Source: Azolla caroliniana
Lineage: Eukaryota; Plantae; Polypodiophyta
DNA length: 64,000 bases
Reading direction: 5' to 3'
Assembly (NCBI GenBank): GCA_043228905.1
Contig: JBHGNT010000001.1
Location: forward strand, 4,216,001-4,280,000
The position numbers were made by a program, and so were the translations under genes. Below the pieces are notes generated by a model that did no database searches, was not told the DNA's origin, and saw only the letters and a list, made by a program, of their open reading frames with translations. Every line of letters starts with the position of its first letter. Positions within the stretch are counted from its first letter, which is position 1. Positions 43,777-56,500 of the stretch are shown here, piece by piece.

Positions 43777-46700
43777 ATGGAGATGAGCCTCAAGTCACAC
43801 ATCATCACTCGTTCCGTGCTTGTTTATTTCCATGGAAAGGAAAAGTTCTTATTCCCTGCACCTCCATCTCATAACATATCCCCTGGTCGTCTCAAATTAC
43901 ATCGCCTTTCATCATCGTCAGCCGGAAGAGATTCGAATTCAAATTCGGCTTCTAGACATGGCTTCTGGAGAAGGTTTATTGTAGATTTTCTCTCAACATC
44001 AAAAGAAGAAGAAGATGATGATGATTATGAAGAAGAAGACGGAACTGCCTCCCCTTTTCTAGACATGGCTACCTCAGAAATCCTTCATGTGAGTAAAACA
44101 TTTAAAGTTGATATTTTGAACTCAAAATGTAGTACATATTCCTGATTTCTTTGGTTTATACGTGCACGTGTACATGCCTGCATATGTAAGTAACATACAT
44201 AAATACACAACAATGTATATGTGATGTATTTTTATATATTGAGTACATAATTGATGGTGCATCTATCATTCTGGGGTTGATATAATCAGTAACATAATTT
44301 AGAGGGGTACATGTTCTTGCTTCCCAATACTTTGAAACCGATACTTCAAGAATCAACACTTAAACTTGTCTTGCTTTATGAGAATCTTAACATAGAAGAG
44401 TACATGCCTCTTTCTTTATGGGAACTAATCTATGTGATTATCAGGTGTCAGATCCAGTTCTGTCAGACTTCCGAAAAGAGTTTATAGGTAGAGTTGATCA
44501 TAGGAAGGATCCATGGAATGAGGAATCAGAGCAGCAAGGAGAAATGACTAGAAGACGTATATTAGGGACACCCATGTTTATGTCATTAGCTTGCATGGTT
44601 GGAAATATTGGAATTGAGGAAAACGTCTATGCTCTCACGCCTGCAATTATTGATGCTTCCAAAGCTCCAAGTAAACCCTTTGATGCAACGGATGAACGTT
44701 TACGAGATGCCGCAAGCATCTTTGAAAGAGCATTGAATGCTCCTACGGTACTTGTAATTCAAACATTTGCATTGATCCTTTTACTTATGTACGATGAATG
44801 TATCATGTCCATATATACCTATATGGAGATATAGGAAATATGGACGTGTATGACTGTAAAAGTTTGTCTAAACCACAAGGTTTTAAGTATATTTGTTTTT
44901 CAAATCTGCGTGTATGTAAAGGTGGTTGAAGAAGAAGAGCTATGGACTGAGGTCATTGAAAGATATGAATCGGTAAAAGCAGAATGGGTTGCAGATATTG
45001 TTTCGAGGGCATATGGGAATCGAGGGAATGCGCGGAGTCGACAGGTGCACCTTCTGCTCAGATTGTATATGGCAACTTTATTGAATTTCAATAGCAATAA
45101 CAATAACGCTGGCATGTTATGCAGGGAAGGCTTGATCAGGCATTAGAAGATTACGAGAAATCAATTATTCTTGCTCCGTGTGTATCAGAACCTCTTAGCT
45201 GAAATTTACATTTATTCACTGCATGTTGACTCTCGTATTTAAAGGCTATAATGAGCTATCACAAAGAGAATTAGAGAAAGCAATCAGACCTCCTGACCTA
45301 GTGTTAAGTTACTTGCTATGCAAATTAACTAGGAAACTCAACCTTCCCAATATATATTTCTCAGAAAAAATCCGTTTTAGTGCCCTTCACTTCTGCGATT
45401 TGTTTTTTAATTGCTTTTCATGACAGTTAATTCAGGTATGCTGTCGATCCTGTTTTGAATCGTGGTGTGGTGCTGGAAAGTTTGGGACGATATGATGAAG
45501 CCTCCGCTGACTATGTAGCAGTTCTTCGGGCACAACCTGATGATCCTGCGGCATGGAATAACCTTGGGAATGTGAAGGTAGTAAATATGTAGTTTGTTCG
45601 TTAAAGTTTGAATATTATTCCTATAAATTAATCTACGTGGCAAGCTTGCTAAAATATCCTTTACAATATAGATATTCTTAAAATATCTTTTACCTGTATA
45701 GATCATTCACTAAAAATTCCTTCTATGTAGTTTATTTGTTAATACTTCTTTCACAATGCAGATTGCTTGTTAAAATATCATCCAAGATTGTTTTAATTGT
45801 TGCTTGGTTTGATTCGTCTATATTAAATCCCTCTTCAGGCAGCTCAAAATAGGTGGGATGATGCATTGAAAGGATATGCCAAAGCTGTTGAGCTGGCACC
45901 AGCGTTCTCATTTGCTGCGGCAAACTATGCATTGGTCGGCTTTCATTTCAATCATTCTTTTGTTTTTTTATACATGGGTTTATGATGTATATTAATATGT
46001 TTTGGTCACAGAAGTTCAATTTTGGGCTTGCAGCCTCCTGTGAATTGTCCCTATTGTAAGGATCAATGCATCTAATCAACTAATGAACTATAATTACCAA
46101 AAAATATTATCAAAGCCTTTTCTTGGTAGTTTTGTGTTTCGGACTCCTGCCGTCACCTCAGAAATACTCTTTTTCATAAGTTTCCCTGCAAGTTTTTTAG
46201 GTTAAGACGTGTATTTTGTTTGTCTCAGGCTCTCTATCAAGTAGGCAAAGTGAGTGAGGCGGTGAAGCAATTCCGAAACCTTCTTCGAAAGTATCCTGAG
46301 GTATATTCTTTGGCGCAATATTTCATCTATAAAAACTTACACATATTTGGAAATTCTTTTACTTCTGGAGTTCACTGAACACTTACACGCCTACATCTGT
46401 CCAGTTTCCAGATGTAAGGGCAGCTCTGGCAGTTTCCCTGTATGCACAAGATGAAACAGCAGAAGCCGAGAACAATTGGCAATATGTCAAGGTATTATAC
46501 AATGATTATGATTCTAAGCACATTCATTAGGACATCATTATTTTGTAATATGACAATAATGAGAACATTATTATTCTCACTAGAATAAGGACATGCATAA
46601 CTCTAGACATTGATTAATCTAGCAAAAACAACAAGAATAAGTTTTGTCTAACCAGGCATTGACAACATGATCTTTGTGGTCAAGAACATTAAGATCATTT

Positions 46701-46913
46701 ATCATTGAAACGAACATTAAGATTATTTATCATATGGAAAACATAATTGAGAACAAGTAAGTATTGTGTGTGCATCTGTAGGATGGTAGGTACAAAGACC
46801 GTGCTTGGGTTAAAAACACTCGGAGGTGGCCCCCACGCCTTGTTGATGATTTGGAACGATTCTTGGATGTGAGACCTTCAAGAAATTCTGCAGCATCAGA
46901 CCCGGCCTCTTAA
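43777..46913 (+). CDS. Plastid-targeted tetratricopeptide-repeat protein, cyanobacterial type; exons ~43777-44088, 44445-44747, 44922-45044, 45125-45177, 45437-45577, 45839-45934, 46229-46300, 46404-46491, 46782-46913
   Basis: Ser/Arg-rich transit-peptide-like N-terminus. TPRs: AYGNRGNARSRQ|GRLDQALEDYEKSIILAP|YAVDPVLNRGVVLESLGRYDEA...DPAAWNNLGN...FSFAAANYAL|ALYQ. C-terminus RNLLRKYPE|FPDVRAAL...AENNW...DGRYKDRAWVKNTRRWPP. Confidence 0.88.
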
Positions 46914-48719
46914 CAAAAAGCAACATTTTTGTATTTCCTTGTTCTAGTTCCTTATCATTTATATTTTTTTGTTCTTTTTCTTCTTCATTGTATCCTTACT
47001 GTAACTCGATGACAAGCACCCTCACTCAAAATATGTTTATATTTTCTTATGCATAAGGGTGTTGTAAAAGATATATCGTGTTTCTATAATTAATTTTACA
47101 TGGGACCAACTGAACATTTGATTGATAATGTGGCAAATTGATTTTGTTGAGAGTGGCTGCTCATCTTAAAGAATGCCACCATTGACAGATAATAATGACT
47201 TGAAAAGGGCTCCTTACATTGGTCAACATTGGTCAACATAATGATTTTTTTTGGAACCAATTTAGTATTAGCTGCAGTGGGGCTTGGTGCTCTAGGTTTA
47301 GTGATTTATGGTTTCTTCTTGGCTAAGAAATGGGGGATCTGAATAGCTAATTGTAATTAATCCTTAATGAAGGCCTATTTATGTACTAAGTTAATGGAAG
47401 TGTTTTTTGCGTATCCCAGCTTCTATTTGGATATTCATTATATTTTGCTACTTGTATGTGAGTTCGTGAACTCTTTTACCAACTCTATTGCAAAAACCTG
47501 AATTGGTATGGATCTTTTGAATTTTCATGAAACATATGTAAGAAGTGGTAAAACAATGGAGAACTTGTTTGTCACTCGTCACTTCTTGTTAATGAATGAT
47601 GATTCAACCCCCCCCCCCCCCCCCCCCCCCCCCCTCCCACCTTGGTTAACCTTTTTTAAAGTGTAGCCAAAATCTGTTATGAGTTGGAAGTGTGGTTCAT
47701 TTGTAAAGATATCTTATCAATCCCACTAGTTGAGCTGCGCTTTGCATGTGAAGGGATATGTTTATATTAATTGACGATAGTTGATAAGACAATTGAGTGC
47801 CTTAAATTGCTTCATATTGTCAGTGATGCCCACCCTAGATTTTACCGAAAATGTCACTTCATATTCCTTGGAGTCTAATTCACTCTATCTTAGACTAATC
47901 ATCTTTGAAATGATGGATTGATGACCATATCCCCACTGACTACAGTATTTATCATAAAAGTTTTCATGTAAACGTTAAAACCAAATTAGTGCATGAAGAT
48001 GGATATACACACATGCCTCAGAAAATTAGTAGTGATGTGCTTTGAAGTATTCACTGAAAATTAAAGAGATAATTTTAACAAAATGAAATCCAATAGGACC
48101 CCAATGCCCATGGGCCATCGTCGTGAGATCCGATATATATCAAAATTTCAAACTTTTAGCCCTTACGTTAAGTCTTAATAATTTAATCACCATTGCCAAA
48201 AAATTGTTCAACCACCGAACTCAGCTTTGATAATTCCATTCTACATAAAATAATTGAAATTTTCAATCTCAATTTTAGCATGGGGGAAACAAGGGTTTTC
48301 CTTGTGTATAAGACTATAATGTCCATAATCAACTTCCTATAATCCATATGGGAATCAACTGTACGTCATCCCCTATCTCTCTTATTAAGAGATGCACTCA
48401 AAAGATCATTTTGGGCAAGGTTATACTAATTGTCACATGAATAAATTTGAAAAGAAAATGTTTCTATATTTTCTCATCTTTTCAAATTAATCTATCACTT
48501 GAAATGATTTAATTTTTCACCATTGTTATCATAATGCTTGAGTTCATATGACTTGATAAAAAATTGTTTTGCACTGTCATATAGCTGTCTTTGCATTGAG
48601 AACAAATGTAATACACAATTTGAAATAATTAAATCAAGTAGGATATGTAAAGTTCTTAATCATCTGGTACAAAAGCATGAAAGATCAAATCCTTGAACAC
48701 GACTATGAAGCCTCCCGAA

Positions 48720-48909
48720 TCAGTTCCAAGTGATACCTGTTCAGAAGTTCAAACAATAACAATGTGAGGAACAAAAGACTCCAAAATGTTCATCACTCTG
48801 TGCAGTTAGACCCATTCATGGCTAATAATTTATGGCAACTTTCCTTTGAAATATATGGAAATGTCTGAAGTCCAAATATAGGATGCAACCTAGTCTTAAT
48901 TTTCATTAA

Positions 48910-48960
<51 letters not shown>

Positions 48961-49365
48961 GGACTCATTGTTCTAGATATGGAAGTTGTGTGTACCTCCA
49001 CAAGTTGTGCCTGAGGGTACCACAACATCGCAAGCTTGGAGGACATTCTTGACAGCTTGCTTATCGACAAATGACATAACAGGACCGGTGGCACGAGAAC
49101 AGATGCAGGGGAAGTGGGCCGCCTGCACCGCGCTGCAACATGGGCTCGGGTTCGAAGGGAGTGGCAGTGAACCCAACAAACCTGGTACAACATAGGCCTT
49201 GCAGTTGGTCATAAGGTCGTCGACACTAGTGTCGCATGCCGTGTCATCATCGGCGGTGGCGGGGCTACTCCCAATTGGGCTACTGCCAGTGTTTGTGTGG
49301 TGTGTGGCATCGACAATTACGACGACAAGCGTGGCGAGAACAACCAACATACAAGTATAGGCCAT
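48720..49365 (-). CDS. Non-specific lipid transfer protein (8-Cys motif, type D-like); exon 1 49365-48996, probable exon 2 48736-48720
   Basis: Signal peptide (MAYTCMLVVLATLVVVIVDA) followed by C..C..CC..CIC..C..C. A GT donor lies 4 nt after the last Cys codon (TGT GGA G|GTACAC); the acceptor TGAACAG gives a short GITWN* tail. Confidence 0.85.
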
Positions 49366-51234
49366 CACTACCAACTCGGAGAAATTTAAGTGTATGTGGT
49401 CACTTCTAGTCTAAGGTGATAGATAGATACTATAGCACATGATGTGCTGGGGGTAGCAATCTAAGCTTCAAATTTATACACTGTAAGCATTGGATGTACA
49501 CCATGGAGCAATATTAAAAAAGGGCTTTCTATCTCTAGGGTTTCTCTCTCACACACCACTCCCCACCCCAATAATTCTGGAATCTCTCTGGTGTGACTTT
49601 CGATGCTCTCTGTCTCTGTCTATTCACGGGTGGTTATTGAGAAAGACAAAGCTACTCGTGAGTTTTTCTTCTGACATACCCCCTTGTCTTTACCTTCTTT
49701 TCCTTTTATTTTATTTGTCTTGTCATGCAGTAACCCAAATTCCCAATTGTGTTTTATTTTATTAACCATTGATAGTACCTGGTAGCTAGCATCTACGTAT
49801 ATTTTGGTATATGAGGAAATAAACCCTAACCTCAAACTCAATCAAAAATCAATTGCTATACTTCGTAACATCCCTTGCTGCAAACTCAAATCCCTATAAC
49901 ACTGACGCATTCTTGAATTATTAGAACAGATGAAATCAGCTCCAAAATATTAAAGTGATATGCTTCCAAACACTCAATATTTCTATATATCCTCTAATTT
50001 ATTTTTTCATACATAACCATTTGTTTTTTGCTGTTTCTTTGCATTGAAGAATAATTAGTTGGCGAATACTACTTGAAATTTGATTTATAAACTTACTGCC
50101 TTATTACATTGTAATTTCATGATCAGTTCTTCAGCCCTCACCCTGGTACTCCGGTCAATAATCGTTGAACCTTCAAACTACAGTATCAATAAAATAATTG
50201 AGGGCAGTTACCACCTACAACTTGTCCCATCAACCACACTTTTCACCATTAAGAATTTCTGGAAACAAAATGCTATGTAAGGCATAGTAAAAATAGTGTC
50301 CCACAATAATAAATCATTATCTAGAAACATTAATATATTTACTTAGAAATTACTCTGACCTTAATGAACCCACTTTCATCAAAATTTCATCATATATTTA
50401 TTAGGTTATCGAAACACAAAACAACACATGAGAATAGGTATCCACATGAACATTAAAGTTGTTAAAGAGTAATTGGGATTTAATTGAACTGAGATTTAAG
50501 ACCCTCAAGAATAGTCTGTTTTAAGCAGAACTCTATAAAAATAGACTTCCACACCATGAAGAAATGGCCAAAACTGCAGTTATACACTGGCTACCTCAAA
50601 GACCTATTTGAGTATGTACAAAATGGTCTGTAGAGTACAGAGCCAGCCTGAAAAACAAATAAATACCAAATTCTGTTTACCATTCACAAACATCTTACAT
50701 CAATGTATTTAAGGATTGGTTAGATATGGATAAGAAACCGGTTAATGAACGAGATCTTTGATCGTCATAGGTGTAACCTACTTGTTAAAAGAATCACAAT
50801 TCCCTTCATGGGTGGGAAATAGTGAATCATGACTTTGTACGAGTTTTTCTGTGGGATTGTAGATCAAGGTGAACCTTAATAACGTGGATGAAGGCTACAA
50901 AAAAATATTATGATTAGCAGGATCAAATTGATCACTGGGGAAACTGAATGGACTTGAATTTTAAGGTTGATAAATAGCATCTCCTTATACATCTCCAAGG
51001 ATACTGCTTTCTTGAACATGCATCAAGAATGTCCTTGAACCAAGTGGTTGATTCTGCTGTTAGCAGGGTTTGGTACACTGGAAGAGAATGATGTAAATTG
51101 TTCCATAGGAAAACAATAACATATACTTCAGCCCTTGAAGAACGTAGTTCCATATGGTACATGGCAATGAGTAGCCAGAGAAACTTGAGATTTATAGCGG
51201 CCAGGTCTCTGAAAAGACCTCGCTTCCTTGAAAG

Positions 51235-53540
51235 CTAAGGAACATCTATGAAACATGATTTAGGCATGGTGAGCAAGTTTGCAATCGAGATTGTCCTCTT
51301 CGGTGGACTTCGCTTCCATGGAACGTCAGCAGTTAACCTATGCTGATGCATAAAATCCAGCCATGGTAAAACCATGTAAGGCTTTCCCAATGATGACGGT
51401 AGAGAATTTGCACCAAACATCTGATTATCGACTGTTCTCACCATTTCTGAACTCATACTAGAACCAGGCCTATCCTTATCCTTATCTAAGAGTAAGGGCC
51501 TTTTGCAACTTAAAGGCTGTTGTGTTTGATGCTGTTTTAAACAGTTGAAACATTCAAACTTCTTCAATGAAGCAAGCCAATTACTATCACATTTGGAGCC
51601 ACTCTTCAACATAGAGCAATAAAAGCAAGCATTCTGGTCGCAGACGGTACATATCACTGAAAGCCCTGTTTCATTGCAATGGGCACAAGTTCCACTGCTA
51701 CCCCTCGCTTTCAGATATTCAATGGTGACTTTGAGAATATTTTGACTGAGTGACTGAATGTTGAGTTTCAGTTTTTCTCGTTCTGCAACCAAATGTGTTA
51801 TTTCCTGAAATATTTCTGGTTCACTCCTTATGCCTACAGCTGTCTGGACATGTCAAAAAAGACATCCAAAGAAAAGCAAAAAGAGAGCTATTAATTATGT
51901 CAAATAATTTTGAAGAGTTTTTTTCTTGCTTCATTAAGAAAAACCACTAACCTTTTCTACATCACTGTTTCTTGGAGAGTTAATTGATGCAATATGTTCT
52001 ACATCATCTGAATTAAAAATCCCAAATTTCTTGGCTGCATGTTCCTGCATAGAAAATAAATTAGATATCAAATACCGGTATCTTCTAATCTTAACACAAG
52101 AAAGAAAACCATAAGCCTCTAATAACAAACCTGTTGTATATGGTGGAGAAGTGGCCCTCCATATTTCTCTCTTTTGGAGATCCAATATGAGTAGATACGA
52201 TCCATAAGCTCTGGAACTGTACGAGCATTATCATGCACTTCATGGATTATATTTACTTCTCTGATGAAATCATCTTCCATGACATTCTCCATGTGTCCAA
52301 CCTGATGTGGCAATTCATCTGGGTTTGAATCCATACAATGCTCTTTTACTCCATTGATGGTTTTATCAAGGTTCACTGTGCTAGCTTCTCCTTTCCCTGG
52401 TCCAGATGCATTTTTCCTATGAATTCGGCTCTTCCTTTTCCGACCTCGTCGTCTAGGTATATTATTACTGTGGTTCTCATTTGTATGTAGACTGTTCTCC
52501 TCAAAAGATGCAAACTCGTCATTCTGTTTACAGATCTCTCCGCAGACTATGTCAGAAGTTGTGAATTAGCACAAAGGAAAGGGGTAAAAGTCAAGGGATA
52601 TTAGTCATACCTCCTCGTCTCTTGCTCCTGAGTTCGATGCAATAAATGCATGAGTAGGACAATACACTCGCACCGAAATGACTTGATCATTAGAATGTTG
52701 TAACTGCCAGTCAATAATATAAATCTTGTTATCAGAAAGATTCAAATCCTCAACACCTACTGATTATCTACCAAAAATATACCTCAAACGATGCCCCTTC
52801 GGTGACACCACATGAGACATGAAAATGAGCTTTGCATGATGGCACCGAACACTTTTCGACAGAGCCCTCCTTTATCCCACAAAGCCAGCATTGGCGACGT
52901 TGTCGTTTAACACGTACATTTGCAGCATTTAGCCCATCAATTGGTTCCATAGCATCTGGGTTGACAAAATATGTTTCATTGGTATATAATGCACACACTA
53001 CATGAGCCCATTTATGAGGTTCTGTGGATGGCTTAAGGGCGCCTCCTTGTTTGTGGCACAATGCACAACTGCAAACCACAATGCACAAGTTAGTTTCAAA
53101 AAATACCACTAGCCACAGGTTAATCCAAAATAGAACTAAAACCACCTCCAACTTTAAGAAAAGAAGCATCAACAGAAATGCCTTTATTGACACTGAGTCT
53201 ATAAACAGTACCAAGTACTTCTGCAACTATTCCACTATTGTCTCTCCAATCTCGAGTTCCTCTACCCATCCGCCTACTTTGGGATGGACTTCATAATGAT
53301 TAAGTTCAATGATGTCTTACACTAAGATGACCACATTAAAAGCACTATTAAAATGAATTGCCATGACTTTTCAAGTACATCTTATAATACACAATCCATC
53401 AGTGAAGTGTTTGGAAATGCCAAGCTTCTTACTGTTTTAATTTTTAAATTGAGATTATATAGTGCTTACATAATAAGAAGCAAATGCTGATTATGTATAC
53501 ATGCATATACATACAGACATACATGCATTCATAAAATGTG

Positions 53541-53577
<37 letters not shown>

Positions 53578-56500
53578 AGATGCACATACACATATAAGCT
53601 ACACACTCTTTTGCAGAGGATAGTAGACTCTCAGTGAACCTTGGAAAACCCAAGGTTGTAGACGAGGAAGTCATCACCTGGTATCATGTATGGACATCTC
53701 TTCTCCATGAGGACTCATTTACAGACCTTGGACCTATCTGTACAGTAGACAATGTGCTTACAAAATCAGTTCCAAGAGCATGTGGTCCTCTTGTTACCCT
53801 TACGTGTCTGGATGGAGATGGAAGACCACTTGTATTGACGATATACGATTGATCGGCATACTGCACAAGATTATCAGGGTTGAGTCAGATGCACAACCAG
53901 TTGTTGTAAAGGCTCTAACGATGTACCTTTCCCTATGCTAAAGTAGTATTTTGGGTCCATTCTCTAGATAGTTGGTGAGCATGGGGCAAATGCCTTCATG
54001 TTAGTATGCCAAGATCCCATCACGTTTGGAGCATAGACAGGCTACATCCCTTCTAGTACTCTTCAGATACGTCATCTCTAAAACTACGGACTCAAACATC
54101 AATAAATTCATACAGCAAAGTCTCATAAATCTCCAGGTTACAAAGGACATGGCATGCGCATCCACAGGAGTGAGGAACAAAGATGTCATTCTATTAAGGC
54201 AATCAACACCACATCTTTGAGGATGTTCATGTCTCATAAATGAGATGCACCAATGGACACATTTGTACCTTATCACATCAACAAGAGATCGAGATAGGTA
54301 AGTACATGGGTGTACCTTCTAAGGAGAGGATAGGCCACATGTCCCAGACAGGGACAGTGTGAGGAGCTCCAGATCTGTTATTGGACAGTTTTCTATGAAA
54401 TTCAAGGACGCTTCCATCTCTTTGGAGAGAGACTTGGTCCTTTTCCCCAGGAGATGGATTTCTATGATCAGAGATGCTTGGGGATATATTACTAGAGATC
54501 CACAGATTACAGTTCCTTAGAGGTGTAGAGGGTGAACACCCGCCGGACATGCATAAAACCAAAGTTCTGACTTTTGTAGAGGGGAAGAGACATAAGAGGA
54601 AGCACAACCACCAGGACCTCAGACAAATTCAGCCAGTCCTCTCTAGACACAGGACCATATAAGGATCATCACATAGAAAATGTTGCTTATATAGGAGGAT
54701 ACAGAGTATCATTGCCTGAGAACCAGCATGATTTCTGAGGCAATTCACTATAGAGGACATTGATCTCATAAGGCATCATCCTACAAGTGCTCACAGGTTA
54801 ATCCACTGACAATCTACCTCTCCAAATGAAGTTCCTAATGTAGTTACCCAATTTAATAAATGTAGTTTCCCAATGGAATACAACTCATTTGATCACTGGC
54901 TGTTTGCAAATGGGCATTACTCACAGTGTGTACCCATGGTTCCTATATCATTGTAATTTGATCAAAGCATTGCAAAGGACTGGCTACGTATGTTAGGCAA
55001 TGTGTACTTTTCGTTATTTTACCAAACATTCTACAAGTTTCACATGTAGCTGTTGGCCTCATTGGTCACTTTCCCAAAATAATACATAATTAAATTTCTC
55101 CTTCTGTGTGGCAATACCTTATGTCAGCATTTTCTCTGCCCTCAAAGACAGCCTGACATTTTCTACAGTGCCAACTTCCCCTCTTTTGATCAATAATAGA
55201 TTCTTGTATGCCATAGCAAGACTGGTGCACAAGAATATGGCAAGCAGCACATCGAAAAACCTGTAGTGCATAACTTCAGACTATCAGAAATTATGATTCA
55301 AAAACATCAAGCCTAAAATAATGTTCAATTCTAAAATAATGTCTAACCGGATTGTCTTCTGCATTTTCACCCCCATTACAAATACAACATTCCTCCGAGT
55401 TTGGATTCTGCTCTTCTTCAAAGGAACCGAATATGGAATTGTAATCATTGGAATTGACTGCTTTGTTCTCCAAAAGATCTATCATTCTTTCAAATTGATC
55501 TGTCGATATTGCCGACGAAGTAGACAAAGTTTCATTGCATTTCTTTAACCATTCCTCATCCTCTTCATCCATATCATATTCAGCCTGGTTTTGAAATTAG
55601 ATGCACACTTAAGAACTAATCTGAAGATCAACAAATTTCTGATAAGACAGTTGATACACAGGTTGTTTATATAAATCAGAAAATGGTTCATGAGATGTAT
55701 ACTCTCTGCACACTTTTTTCCTTACTTTTACCTATATATGCCTACATAGTTTTTTAATGTTAAATGTTTATTGTAGACAGTGGTGTAATGCAAATCTGTC
55801 AACAAGGCCATTTCAGCCTCTTAAAAGACATTTGTATATCTTTCTTTCTTTCTTCTTTGAACATATCCTTCACAGGTGCAAACACAGTATTACTTTTTAT
55901 CAAACAAGCACTCACTTCTATCACACTTGCCATTTCCTTTGGAAATCCAGGTCTGATACAAATATCATTGCATGAAATGAGGAGGCAAATGAACTCCATC
56001 CCTATAGATTTGATTTTATCTAGCTATTTTCCAACATTAAGTTGTCATTACGATTTCCTTCAGACAGAATGACATCGTGTTTGGCAAGGCCAACAACAGC
56101 CTGCCACCATGACATTTACATAAGAACATTGCTCCAGCTCAGCTAGATGCTGAAAGGCATTCTTAGAGGCTCATCCAACTAAAGTAATTCCTTAGAACAG
56201 ATTATACAATGGAAAAGAAGGCAAATAATATTATGGGAAAACTTGTTGAAAATCCATTAATGTACTTTAGTTTTATTATAATGAGTATCCCTTCTACTCA
56301 CCTGACTACCCTTATTTTGAGGCTTTGCTTTAATGTATGTCTCTGGTATAGCATATGATATTTGTAGATTTTCTTCAGGTTCTCCTCGGGATCTAAATGC
56401 AGGGAGAAAAATTGGCTTGTCCTTTACACCTGTGCCACTCACAGCTTCTGAACTGCTTTCTCGACACTTCAATTTTTCAGTACAACAGTTTACTGGTTCA

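Noticed and set aside
43777-46913. Bacterial contamination or recent HGT for the cyanobacterial-like TPR gene
   Set aside because: Eight GT-AG introns and a transit peptide indicate an old nuclear gene of endosymbiotic origin.
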